From: Bacteriovoracaceae bacterium
Lineage (GTDB): Bacteria > Bdellovibrionota > Bacteriovoracia > Bacteriovoracales > Bacteriovoracaceae
Reading direction: 5' to 3'
DNA length: 64,000 bases
Assembly: GCA_965243145.1 (NCBI GenBank)
Contig: CBDEUB010000002.1
Coordinates: 878,354-942,353, forward strand
The notes under the pieces were generated by a model that searched no databases, was not told the DNA's origin, and was given only the letters and a program-made list of their open reading frames with translations. This document shows, one piece after another, positions 54,419 through 63,407 of the stretch. A program made the position numbers and the translations under genes. Every line of letters starts with the position of its first letter. Position 1 is the first letter of the stretch.

Positions 54419-57400
54419 TTATGGTGCCTCAACATCAATAAAGACGGTAAAGACTTCCAGGGAATCGTTTTGGCCATCATTGGCCTTATAGGTAAAAGAA
54501 ATTTCCTCCGTGGTATTGCCGTCGGGGATATAATCGCAAGTGAGATCAGTGCCTCCTTCCAGACAGCCAGAAAGTGTGCCACTGGAAGGAGCACTCACCA
54601 AAGTATAAGTGAGAGAATCCCCTTCTTCGTCTGTGGCCGCCTCCAAAGTAATTGTTTGGGCCATATCTTGTTTGGCCTCCACGCTCTTGCTTGTGTTTAA
54701 AAAGAAGGGTGGGGTTTGATCGGAACGGACAATCATGCGAGTATCTGCCCAAGTATCGGTTTGTTCTAAAAAGTCAGTTCCCGTGTGTTCAAAACGAGAT
54801 ACGAAAGGTATTCCCTTGCTTTCTATACTTTTCTCAATCGTATCTGCATCACTTACAACATTGATCTCCACTTCGGTGTTTTCGAGAGAATCCCTATTCC
54901 CATCATTCGCACGGTAAGCAAATTTAATCGTTCCGGTAAAATCCTGAGGAGGGGTGTAACGACAAGTGAGACTTTCCGTTCCCCCAAGACAATTCTCAAG
55001 TATCCCTTGAGGTGCTGGCATATCTTCAAGAAAGTAAGTTATGGTGTCGCCTTCATTATCCCAAGCGGGCAAAAGATTAAGTGTAGAAACTTTATTTTGC
55101 TCTACCGTAAAAAATTGTCTTCTGGGCATATCAGGTGGATGCCCCAAGGAAGAACGCACCCAAACCAGTTGATCAGTGGAAATATCGTTATCTAAAACAT
55201 CAGTAATAGTAAGAACAACATTATAAACTCCTAGAGAACTAAAAACATGGGTGGAGTCACTCCCTTGTGTCGTTGTTCCATCTCCAAAATCCCATACATA
55301 AGATTTAACTTTGGCCCTAGAAATAGAGTTTTCGGAACTAAATTCCACTGTTTGGGAATTCAAAGGAAATTGAGGAGCAAGGCCAATACGAGGATAGATG
55401 CGAGAAAATCCCCCCACATCAGAATCCTGGAAATCTCCTACAGTTTCGTCATCTCCAACATTGTTTGTGTGCCCCAATCCCAATTGGCCTCGACTATTTT
55501 TTCCCCAACATTTAAGACTTCCTGAAATAAGCAAAGCACAAATGTGATCTAGGCCTGCTACAATATCAATAACCTCATCAGAAAAATTTAATGCCGGCGC
55601 AGTAGTAATAAGTTCATTGTCTCCAAGATGAGATAAGTTGCCAGCATACCCTAATCCCAATTGGCCAAAATTGCTCACACCCCAACAACGAACCGTGCCG
55701 TCATCAAGGAGAGCGCAAGTAAAATATCTTCCAGCAACTACTTTTTTTGCTTTGCGATCAAGGGGAACGGTTATATCTACTGGATCAAAATTTTCATCAT
55801 AGACAACATTTTGGCCATGTCCTAGGCCAAACTGTCCAAAGCCATTATGGCCCCAGCATTGAATCTCACCAGAAGAAAGAAGTCCACAAGCGTGATTGGC
55901 CCCTATCGCTACTTGTTGAACGGGGCCACCTAAAGGAAGTGTTGCGAACGCATCGGGGTGTTCATCATCTCCAATATTTTGATCGTCAAGGCCTGGAACA
56001 AAACCTAAAATTAAGCCTTTGTTGCCCCAACACCTAACCCCACCTCCTTCGAGGATGGCACAAAAAACTTCCCCCTTACCGCTTCCTGCAAGACTTGTAA
56101 CTTTGCCTCCAAGTTCAAGGTAGGGAAGATCTTTAAGACTTGCTCCTGTGCCACCTACATTGGTATAATCTTTTCCATAGCCTAATATACCAGAACCCCC
56201 GAGTCCCCAACATTTCACACGGCCATTTTCAAAGAGAGCACAGGAACTAAATATTTGTGAGGCAATATCTATAACCCTAAGATTAGTTCCAAAGTCGATA
56301 CCTTCCTCGGGAGTAAAATAAATTGAAGAATATCCACGCGGTAAAAAACCCAGTTCTCCGCTAGAACCGAGAGAATTCCAACACCTGACTTTGCCAGCAT
56401 CGGTTAAAGCACAAGTAAAATATCCTCCCAAAGAAAGTTTGACGATTCTCTGATGAATGTCAACATAACCTCTACTAAGAGGCGATTCATCGTCACCTAG
56501 ATTGTTCAACAAACCACGATAACCCAATTGAGAACTAAAATTGTACCCCCAGCAACGAACATTTCCATCAACAGTAATAAGACAGGAGTGATCACGCCCC
56601 GTCGCAATTTGAGCAATGGGAGAACTGAAAGTTGGTGCCTTTAAAGTCACCATCGAAACATTGGAATCAAGTTGGCCATCATTGGCCTTGTAAGAAAACA
56701 TGACATTGCCATTAAAGTCGTTGGGAAAGATATAAGTGCAATAAAACTTATTTTCTCTATCTATACAGCTTAGATTTCCTTGTGATGGCATGGAAACTAG
56801 AGAATAGGATAAGTCATCACCTTCTAAATCTAATGCCGACTTCAATCTAAAAGTAATTGTTTGGCCCTCTCTGAAAACTTGATGTTCCTGAGTTGGTGGC
56901 AGTGTTGGCCCTGTATTATAGGCCACATTGACAGAAACTTTTGAAACTGTACCTCGTACCGGCATTCCATTGTCGTAAGTAAGTACATAGAAATTTTCTA
57001 TTCCCTTAAAACCTTGATCTCCTTGATATTGGAAGAGATTCCCCATTAAGAAGGCCTCTCCATATCGAGCATCATTTAGGATAGTAAAAGAATGAGATTG
57101 TCCCGAATCTGGATCGCTGACCGCAATTTGCCCTGACACTGAACGCATCATGGTGGAGACCTCTAGGGATAAGTCGGCCACAGTGGGTGGCGAATTTGCT
57201 CCAGAAACAGTGGGATTGGAGATAAAATTGATGCGAACAAAGCTACCCACCTCGCCTCGAAGGTTTACTACGATATTATTGTCGGCCGATAAAGAGACAG
57301 GTACAAAAAAACGAGATATACCCTCAGAAAAAAGAGGCGTTGGAAGTCGCACATAATTTAAGCTGAGGGACAAACTCTTTAAATTAACCCCCTCAACGCT

Positions 57401-57901
57401 TAAAAGGTAGTCCCCCGGTGTGGCCGTAAAGGGATGAAAAAAACCAAAACAGCCCAAAACTCCTCCTGAGAGAGCGCAAAGACTGGGGGGAGTAAAAGAT
57501 ATGGGAGTAGAGAGAAGTTCTGTACCTCTTGGCCTTGCCACCGAAAGCACCAAATATTCAGGTTCGCTGATTTGATCGCCATCACTGACTTGTAACTCAA
57601 CGACATAAGTCCCTTCTCTTTCTGCAAAAAAAGACGGCATGGAAGGACTCGGCGTAGAAAGAGTTGCAGCAGAAAGAGGCGGTTTAATCAACAATTTCCA
57701 ACTGTAAATTAAATCGTTATTTTCAGGGTCACTGGAGGCGGTTCCATCGAGTTGAACCGTACTGCCCGCTATAACCGTTGTTGCTGCAGTAGTAATGTTG
57801 GCCATAGGGGCCTGATTGATTGTCTGGGCATTGAGATGGAAGCAAAAGAAAAGCGAATAGAGAAAAAAGAAACGGCTTATCGCCACTTGTTTGTATTTCA
57901 T
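54419..57901 (-). CDS. exported protein with RCC1-repeat beta-propeller, PKD and Ig/cadherin-like domains
   Basis: 1160 aa with a signal peptide. There are six or more CWG-type RCC1 repeats (CWGYNFSSQLGY, CWGHNGFGQFGLG, CWGVSNFGQLGLG, CWGKNSRGQLGLG). The PKD unit is VWDFGDGTT. The gene lies 17 bp upstream of the Rhs gene on the same strand. Confidence 0.85.
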   Translation of the reverse strand: MKYKQVAISRFFFLYSLFFCFHLNAQTINQAPMANITTAATTVIAGSTVQLDGTASSDPENNDLIYSWKLLIKPPLSAATLSTPSPSMPSFFAEREGTYVVELQVSDGDQISEPEYLVLSVARPRGTELLSTPISFTPPSLCALSGGVLGCFGFFHPFTATPGDYLLSVEGVNLKSLSLSLNYVRLPTPLFSEGISRFFVPVSLSADNNIVVNLRGEVGSFVRINFISNPTVSGANSPPTVADLSLEVSTMMRSVSGQIAVSDPDSGQSHSFTILNDARYGEAFLMGNLFQYQGDQGFKGIENFYVLTYDNGMPVRGTVSKVSVNVAYNTGPTLPPTQEHQVFREGQTITFRLKSALDLEGDDLSYSLVSMPSQGNLSCIDRENKFYCTYIFPNDFNGNVMFSYKANDGQLDSNVSMVTLKAPTFSSPIAQIATGRDHSCLITVDGNVRCWGYNFSSQLGYRGLLNNLGDDESPLSRGYVDIHQRIVKLSLGGYFTCALTDAGKVRCWNSLGSSGELGFLPRGYSSIYFTPEEGIDFGTNLRVIDIASQIFSSCALFENGRVKCWGLGGSGILGYGKDYTNVGGTGASLKDLPYLELGGKVTSLAGSGKGEVFCAILEGGGVRCWGNKGLILGFVPGLDDQNIGDDEHPDAFATLPLGGPVQQVAIGANHACGLLSSGEIQCWGHNGFGQFGLGHGQNVVYDENFDPVDITVPLDRKAKKVVAGRYFTCALLDDGTVRCWGVSNFGQLGLGYAGNLSHLGDNELITTAPALNFSDEVIDIVAGLDHICALLISGSLKCWGKNSRGQLGLGHTNNVGDDETVGDFQDSDVGGFSRIYPRIGLAPQFPLNSQTVEFSSENSISRAKVKSYVWDFGDGTTTQGSDSTHVFSSLGVYNVVLTITDVLDNDISTDQLVWVRSSLGHPPDMPRRQFFTVEQNKVSTLNLLPAWDNEGDTITYFLEDMPAPQGILENCLGGTESLTCRYTPPQDFTGTIKFAYRANDGNRDSLENTEVEINVVSDADTIEKSIESKGIPFVSRFEHTGTDFLEQTDTWADTRMIVRSDQTPPFFLNTSKSVEAKQDMAQTITLEAATDEEGDSLTYTLVSAPSSGTLSGCLEGGTDLTCDYIPDGNTTEEISFTYKANDGQNDSLEVFTVFIDVEAP

Positions 57902-58040
57902 AGGCCCCTTCCCTAGTTAAAACCGATTTAATACGCTTTGTTTTTTTTAAACTCTTTAATGCTGGCCATACTTTTTTAAATAAACAACCCTATTTTCAAA
58001 AAAATTTTCATTTTTGAAAATATTTTTTATCTTTAAAAAA

Positions 58041-59732
58041 ATGATGCGATGCTGTTTCAGATTAGACAATTTAATCATTCTGGGTGGCCCAGGTTCAGGT
58101 AAAACCACCATTGCTTTAATTAAGGCCGAAAAAGAAGCAAACTCGTTATTTATTGGGCAAAAAGTTTTGTTTTTAAGTTTTGCTAGGGCAACGGTGTCCA
58201 GAGTGATCGAAGGTGCTACACATTTAATAGACAAAAAATCTTTGAAGTATATTGAAATTAATACCTATCATGGATTCTTTTGGAACATTTTGAGAAGTCA
58301 TGGCTATCTTATCAATAAAAATTATCCTTTTACTATAATGAATGCTGCTAACGAAGCGGTAAGAATGGCAAATATTCCAAAAGAAGAAAGAAAAAAAAGA
58401 CGCAAAGAAATATTTGATACGACAGGGTTTTTAGCATTTGATTTATTCGCCTCTTTGGCCAAAGAGTTAATTTCAAGATCAAAAAAATTAAGAAAAATAA
58501 TTTCAAGGTCATATCCCATAATTATCGTTGATGAATTTCAGGATACAAATATTGAAGAATGGGAAATAATAAAACTATTAAGTGAAGAATCTAAAATTAT
58601 TGCTCTTGCTGACCCAAATCAGAGAATTTATGATTTTAGAGGAGCTGATCCTGCTCGAATAGCTCAATTTATTAAACAGCTAAATCCAGATAATTTTAAT
58701 TTTGAAAACCAAAATAATAGAAGTTTGAATACGGACATAAATATCTTTGGAAACGACCTTCTTACGGGAAAAAATCAACATAATAAGTATAACGATGTCA
58801 AGGTACACTTATATTCTTCCTACGGAAGAAACCGTCACGAAATGTATTCTCTTAAAACAAAAGTGATAGGGGGAATTAAAAGATTGAAAAGTATTCAAGG
58901 ATGGTCAATCGCAGTATTAGTTCCTACAAAGCACCAAATGCTACAGGCATCAAATTATTTTTCTTCTCAATACGATAATCTCCCCCCTATTGAACACGAT
59001 GTTGCCATTGATTCCGAAGGGCCAGAACTCGCAGGATATTTATTTGCAAAGTTATTGGAGCCATTTAATTCGACAAAAGAAATAAAAGAGAAAATTATTA
59101 TTCATCTAATAGATCATCTAAAGGGAAGAAAGGGAAACAATCCTCCTACACAAAATGATTTAAGACTTTCCGCAGCTTTAGAAAATTTCTTGCAAGAAAA
59201 TAAAATAAGAGGCTCTCGAAGAAAACAATTGATTAAGGAAATTGATCAAATTTCTGAAGATAGGGCCAAAGTTAAATTGACAGGCACTCCTTCGGAAGAT
59301 TGGTTGAAAAATTTGAGCTTATTCCATCACGCCAAAGAAGCCCCTCTAGTAGATTTAAGAGAAGATGCAAGATATGTAAGGTTATTGCACAAAGGTTCCC
59401 ATTTAAGGGAGACCTTGAATCAACTGTGGAGAAGGCATGGGTGTTATTACGAAGCAAGTAAGGCTTTTCAGGAAGTGATGCGGCAGGAAAGTTTCTCAAT
59501 TTCCGTTAGGAAAACTTCTGGAATCAATATAATGACCATACATAAATCTAAAGGCAAGCAATTCAATGAGGTGTTTCTTTTTGAAGGATTTCATAGAGGC
59601 AGATTTGTGAGGCAACCAGAAATAGAGAAAAGTATCAACCAATCTAGACTAACTTTAAGAGTAGGTATTACGAGAGCAATGCAAAAGGCTACTATATTAT
59701 CTCCATCAAATAAACCGTGCGAAATACTCTAA
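58041..59732 (+). CDS. UvrD/Rep-family (SF1) helicase-like protein, short form
   Basis: Walker A ILGGPGSGKTT lies ~15 aa from the ATG. Other motifs are IIVDEFQDTN, MTIHKSKGKQFNEVFLF and VGITRAMQKATIL. The ORF is open from 58014. Confidence 0.8.
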   Translation: MMRCCFRLDNLIILGGPGSGKTTIALIKAEKEANSLFIGQKVLFLSFARATVSRVIEGATHLIDKKSLKYIEINTYHGFFWNILRSHGYLINKNYPFTIMNAANEAVRMANIPKEERKKRRKEIFDTTGFLAFDLFASLAKELISRSKKLRKIISRSYPIIIVDEFQDTNIEEWEIIKLLSEESKIIALADPNQRIYDFRGADPARIAQFIKQLNPDNFNFENQNNRSLNTDINIFGNDLLTGKNQHNKYNDVKVHLYSSYGRNRHEMYSLKTKVIGGIKRLKSIQGWSIAVLVPTKHQMLQASNYFSSQYDNLPPIEHDVAIDSEGPELAGYLFAKLLEPFNSTKEIKEKIIIHLIDHLKGRKGNNPPTQNDLRLSAALENFLQENKIRGSRRKQLIKEIDQISEDRAKVKLTGTPSEDWLKNLSLFHHAKEAPLVDLREDARYVRLLHKGSHLRETLNQLWRRHGCYYEASKAFQEVMRQESFSISVRKTSGINIMTIHKSKGKQFNEVFLFEGFHRGRFVRQPEIEKSINQSRLTLRVGITRAMQKATILSPSNKPCEIL

Positions 59733-59857
59733 AAACAATGTTTTAACCAGTAAGCTCGCTATTTTTTCTATTGAAAAAACTGCTCTGTCCTGCCAAATTG
59801 ATACAATCTCAGTAACCATCTCCTGGGAAAAAAGGCCACTTTACGACCTCTGACCTC

Positions 59858-60217
59858 TTACTTAGGCCGTTTGCCTTTGGAAATTCCATTGGCCTTTAAG
59901 GCCTTGAGAATCGTGCTTTTGGCCCATGCGGAGTTTGTGAGTTTGGCGATTTTTTGCATACTGAGGCCGAAATTGAGGTAGAGTTTCCGCAAAATTCTGC
60001 AATTTTCGGCCGGATGATTTAAGAAATGTTCAGTAAAAACAGATAGATAGGTCGTGGAGGTCGAGAGTTTATCCAGCGTTACACCACCTCCACCACTCGT
60101 TATGATGGATGAACTCGTGGCCACCTCTGAGGCCGTGTTACAGTTCCCAGAGGATTTAGCAAAATATAAGTTCGAGGCCCTATGGCCTTCCAAATGGGAA
60201 TGAACACACTTCAACAC
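59858..60217 (-). CDS. hypothetical protein with C-terminal HTH
   Basis: RKLYLNFGLSMQKIAKLTNSAWAKSTILKALKANGI. The true start is uncertain. Confidence 0.35.
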   Translation of the reverse strand: MLKCVHSHLEGHRASNLYFAKSSGNCNTASEVATSSSIITSGGGGVTLDKLSTSTTYLSVFTEHFLNHPAENCRILRKLYLNFGLSMQKIAKLTNSAWAKSTILKALKANGISKGKRPK

Positions 60218-60360
60218 ATCGAATATGGCCTTTCGTGCAAATTGATCCTTATAAACTTAAACTGAAGGGAAACTAACCGATGAACAAAACACAACCAACA
60301 ATCCCACGAATAGATAGGCCAGTCACGCCCGCTGGGAGGTGGTAGATAGGCCATATATTT

Positions 60361-60379
60361 ATGGGCTAAATTTGGGCTA
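60361..60379 (+). repeat. 19-bp direct repeat ATGGGCTAAATTTGGGCTA (copy 2)
   Basis: Exact match to 34061-34079. Confidence 0.6.
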
Positions 60380-60522
60380 ACATAGATGAAAATGGCCCAT
60401 TGAAACTAAAATTAGAACACAGTGCGCATATTTGCTCGGGTTGGTAAAAGGTTAGTAAATTCGATGAGTTGTAATGGTTCTTGACGATGTGTGTTTATCT
60501 GTCGCTGCTATGGCCCATGGCA

Positions 60523-60539
60523 TCCCTTCTTCGGCACCA
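60523..60539 (+). repeat. attR core (duplicated tRNA-Leu 3' end)
   Basis: Exact 17-bp match to 33968-33984. GC-rich DNA resumes after it. Confidence 0.8.
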
Positions 60540-60613
60540 TGCATTATCAACAACATTGACTGCCCCAGGAAGGAAGGGGATGATCGCAGAACACTATTTA
60601 AGGAGGTGGAACA

Positions 60614-61045
60614 ATGACAAAATTTTGGCCATGGGTGGTGTTCTTTTGTGTCTCCCTAGGCATTAACGCCTATACGGAGTGCACAGGTGATGTCAACGAC
60701 CCCATAACTCTATTTGAAATCGGCGACGAAGTTTATGGGCCAGTTCTCAGAGATGGTGGCAAAGTCGTCGGGATCGATGTTGAAGCGGGCATGATCACCG
60801 TCCAATACAAAGGCATTGCCAAGCTCCGCCACCACCCCACCGCACGATGGTCTGTCCGCTGCGGTTGCCTCGGTGGATTTTGCGTCGGAGACAGCGTCGA
60901 ACACCGCTTGCTAACCGGGAGTTCAGTGGTCTGGGCCATAAACTATTCCTACAAAAAACTGATCGTGAGGACATTTTTTCTCAATTCTTTTCAAGACTAC
61001 TACCCCGAAGAACTGAGGCACATCCCCTACATATCCCCTAAATGA
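60614..61045 (+). CDS. hypothetical exported protein
   Basis: Signal peptide MTKFWPWVVFFCVSLGINA. No family recognised. Confidence 0.5.
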   Translation: MTKFWPWVVFFCVSLGINAYTECTGDVNDPITLFEIGDEVYGPVLRDGGKVVGIDVEAGMITVQYKGIAKLRHHPTARWSVRCGCLGGFCVGDSVEHRLLTGSSVVWAINYSYKKLIVRTFFLNSFQDYYPEELRHIPYISPK

Positions 61046-61212
61046 CATGATCGGGGCCGCCCGTTTGGCCCCCGTTCCCAATAAAAACCCTTGACTAAAA
61101 ACCTACAATTTCAACCGTTAGATTTTGCCTGGCCTTAAAACCTGTCGCCGTTGAGCGAAAATGGGACAAACCAACGCTGCCAGAATACTATGGGCCAAAT
61201 CCCAAAGTAGTA

Positions 61213-63399
61213 GTGGAAGACATTTTGGAGATCGTCACCGCCCCCTCCTGTAGCGGCAAGCGATCCGCAGGGCCAACCTACCTGGAATATCAGTCCGCCG
61301 ACGGCGATGCCTGCTGGGTGGATGTACGAAGTGGAACCGTGCGCGGCGTCTCCACCAGCGGAACCTGCACCATTCAAAAACGATGCGCCAACTATATCAA
61401 TGTTGGCCTCACCACGGCCTGGGAGGACATCGCCACCATCACCGTGGTGGAGAAACAGCGGCCAGTGCCTCAGACAATTGGCAGCTCTTCCCTGGAGGTG
61501 GAGCGAAGTTCCTACACCGCCGCGGCCCATCTCGGCGAGTTCACAGAGGTGAAATTTAGAATGAAAAACTCCGGCGCGGCGGCAGTCATTTACTCCATGG
61601 CCTCTGCATCGAACTGGATCATCCCCACCAACACCGTGGGCCAGGTCGGCGGAAATGAAAACGCCATCGCCTCCGTCTCCTTAATGTGCCTGGGCCAAGC
61701 ACCCCAAAAATTGTCGGGAACTCTGAACATCACCGTTGCGGGGGAAACCTCGGCGATCACCATTGCCCTGGACTGTATCAAGAGGACGGAACTTTTAAGC
61801 ATCAGGTCTTGGCCTGCGCCCTCCCCTTACCAAGCGCGGGTGGGGGAAACCGTGGAAAGCGGGTTGCACTTTGGGTGGTATGATGACTATCTCACCAACT
61901 ACGGCAGGGGTTCGGTGGGTTGGGCCATACATTATGAAGCCACCACCAACACTCCCGATGTCACCATCCAAGATCGCAAGGGTACAGTCACAGGGGCAAC
62001 CGATCAGTGGCAAATCTACTTTACTCCCTACTATTACAAAGTCACTCACACTTGCAACACGCCGGGATTCAAAAAGATCGAGTTTACTCTAAAAGTCACC
62101 TTCGAGCGAAGAAATTATGGACACGGCCCAGGCCAGGGAATCGAGGGGCGGGTGAAAAAAGTCCCCTGGCATGTCAACTGCCTGCCCAATGATACCGAGG
62201 CGGCGCGGGTGAGTTTTTACCAAGGCCCCTTGATCTCCGAGCTTCGCTATCACAAAAAGGACAACGGTTGGTCGATCAATCCCTACCACGCCTCCTCTTT
62301 AATCGAGGGCCGCAAAACTTTTGTGGCGGTCAAACTCAAACACACTTCCCCCATCCCCCCCACCTTGATGGCAAGGATTGGCACCACCACCGTCAGGGCC
62401 TTCACCACTCAAAATTCCAGCGATGCGGGAAATTATTATACCGAATACACCTATGAAGTTCCCAAGACTTCGGTTCAATCAAATGGCCGGCTTCTTCTGA
62501 GCATAACTGCCGGAAGTGATTTTTCCTCCCCCCACAACACTATTAACATTCCCTTTAACCAATTTTCCTTCCTTCCCGCCAAACACCTCAAATTCCACTT
62601 TGTCCCCATCCGGCGGCCCAATGATAAAGTGCTGAGCAAGCAATCCATACTGAACGCCGCCAAGAAATACCAATACAAAGAAGTGTTGGAAGATTTTTTG
62701 CCAGTGAGTAGTATCACCATTGGCGTGGACGACGAAATTGTCTCCGACTACGACGGCCTCGAAGGGGATCGGTTCCGACTCATTACAAAGCACCGCTATG
62801 ACCGCGAGGGCAAGGCCAGCGAGACATTTTATTATGGCCTCTACCGCTGTAGAGACAACGGAGTCTCCTGCCTCAACAAAGGCCACAGAGGCTCACTTTC
62901 CGCAGCGTCGGGAGTTGACCGTGGCCTCTATTTCCCCGGGGCCAAGACGGTCGCCCACGAAGCGGGCCATGGCCTAACCCTGGGCCACCCCAACGACCCA
63001 CTCAGTTCGGGTTATTATCCCTACCAATTTGATGCCGATCTCTGGCCCGGAAGGGAGGCCGAACTGCTTTGGGCCAGGCCCAACCACCTCGCAAAAATGT
63101 GCGGGGGAGAAGATGCCGACGAACTGCCCTTTGGCAGAGAGAAAGGGTGGTTGATGAACTTCCGGAGATATTTTGCTTCCGAAAGCAAGGCCGCCTCTGT
63201 TATGTGCCAGTTCCCCGGACACCCCGTTTTTCTCACTGTGTACGAATACAACAGGATGATGGACTACTACCACGATCTGTGGGAGTACGAAGAACTTTCT
63301 CCCAAGTATTGGGCACCGGGAGAGTGTGACTCTGAAAAGAGAAGACGATTTGCCTGCGAATTTTCCCACCGGGGACAAGCGGGCATGCGCCGGCCCTAG
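61213..63399 (+). CDS. zinc metalloprotease-like protein (HExxH...H, metzincin-like spacing)
   Basis: 728 aa with a GTG start. AKTVAHEAGHGLTLGHPND lies near residue 590. The N-terminal ~550 aa are unrecognised. Confidence 0.6.
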   Translation: MEDILEIVTAPSCSGKRSAGPTYLEYQSADGDACWVDVRSGTVRGVSTSGTCTIQKRCANYINVGLTTAWEDIATITVVEKQRPVPQTIGSSSLEVERSSYTAAAHLGEFTEVKFRMKNSGAAAVIYSMASASNWIIPTNTVGQVGGNENAIASVSLMCLGQAPQKLSGTLNITVAGETSAITIALDCIKRTELLSIRSWPAPSPYQARVGETVESGLHFGWYDDYLTNYGRGSVGWAIHYEATTNTPDVTIQDRKGTVTGATDQWQIYFTPYYYKVTHTCNTPGFKKIEFTLKVTFERRNYGHGPGQGIEGRVKKVPWHVNCLPNDTEAARVSFYQGPLISELRYHKKDNGWSINPYHASSLIEGRKTFVAVKLKHTSPIPPTLMARIGTTTVRAFTTQNSSDAGNYYTEYTYEVPKTSVQSNGRLLLSITAGSDFSSPHNTINIPFNQFSFLPAKHLKFHFVPIRRPNDKVLSKQSILNAAKKYQYKEVLEDFLPVSSITIGVDDEIVSDYDGLEGDRFRLITKHRYDREGKASETFYYGLYRCRDNGVSCLNKGHRGSLSAASGVDRGLYFPGAKTVAHEAGHGLTLGHPNDPLSSGYYPYQFDADLWPGREAELLWARPNHLAKMCGGEDADELPFGREKGWLMNFRRYFASESKAASVMCQFPGHPVFLTVYEYNRMMDYYHDLWEYEELSPKYWAPGECDSEKRRRFACEFSHRGQAGMRRP

Positions 63400-63407
63400 G
63401 ACGGCCT

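Larger units (their letters stand above)
33985..60539. mobile_element. ~26.6-kb integrative genomic island at the 3' end of tRNA-Leu
   Basis: The 17-bp direct repeat TCCCTTCTTCGGCACCA occurs at 33968-33984 (tRNA 3' end) and 60523-60539. An integrase and excisionase lie next to the tRNA. The content is AT-rich or mosaic. Confidence 0.8.

Noticed and set aside
57956-58234. A 92-aa minus-strand ORF overlapping the helicase start region.
   Set aside because: It overlaps the Walker-A-encoding part of the helicase gene in antisense, lies in AT-rich DNA and has no motifs.
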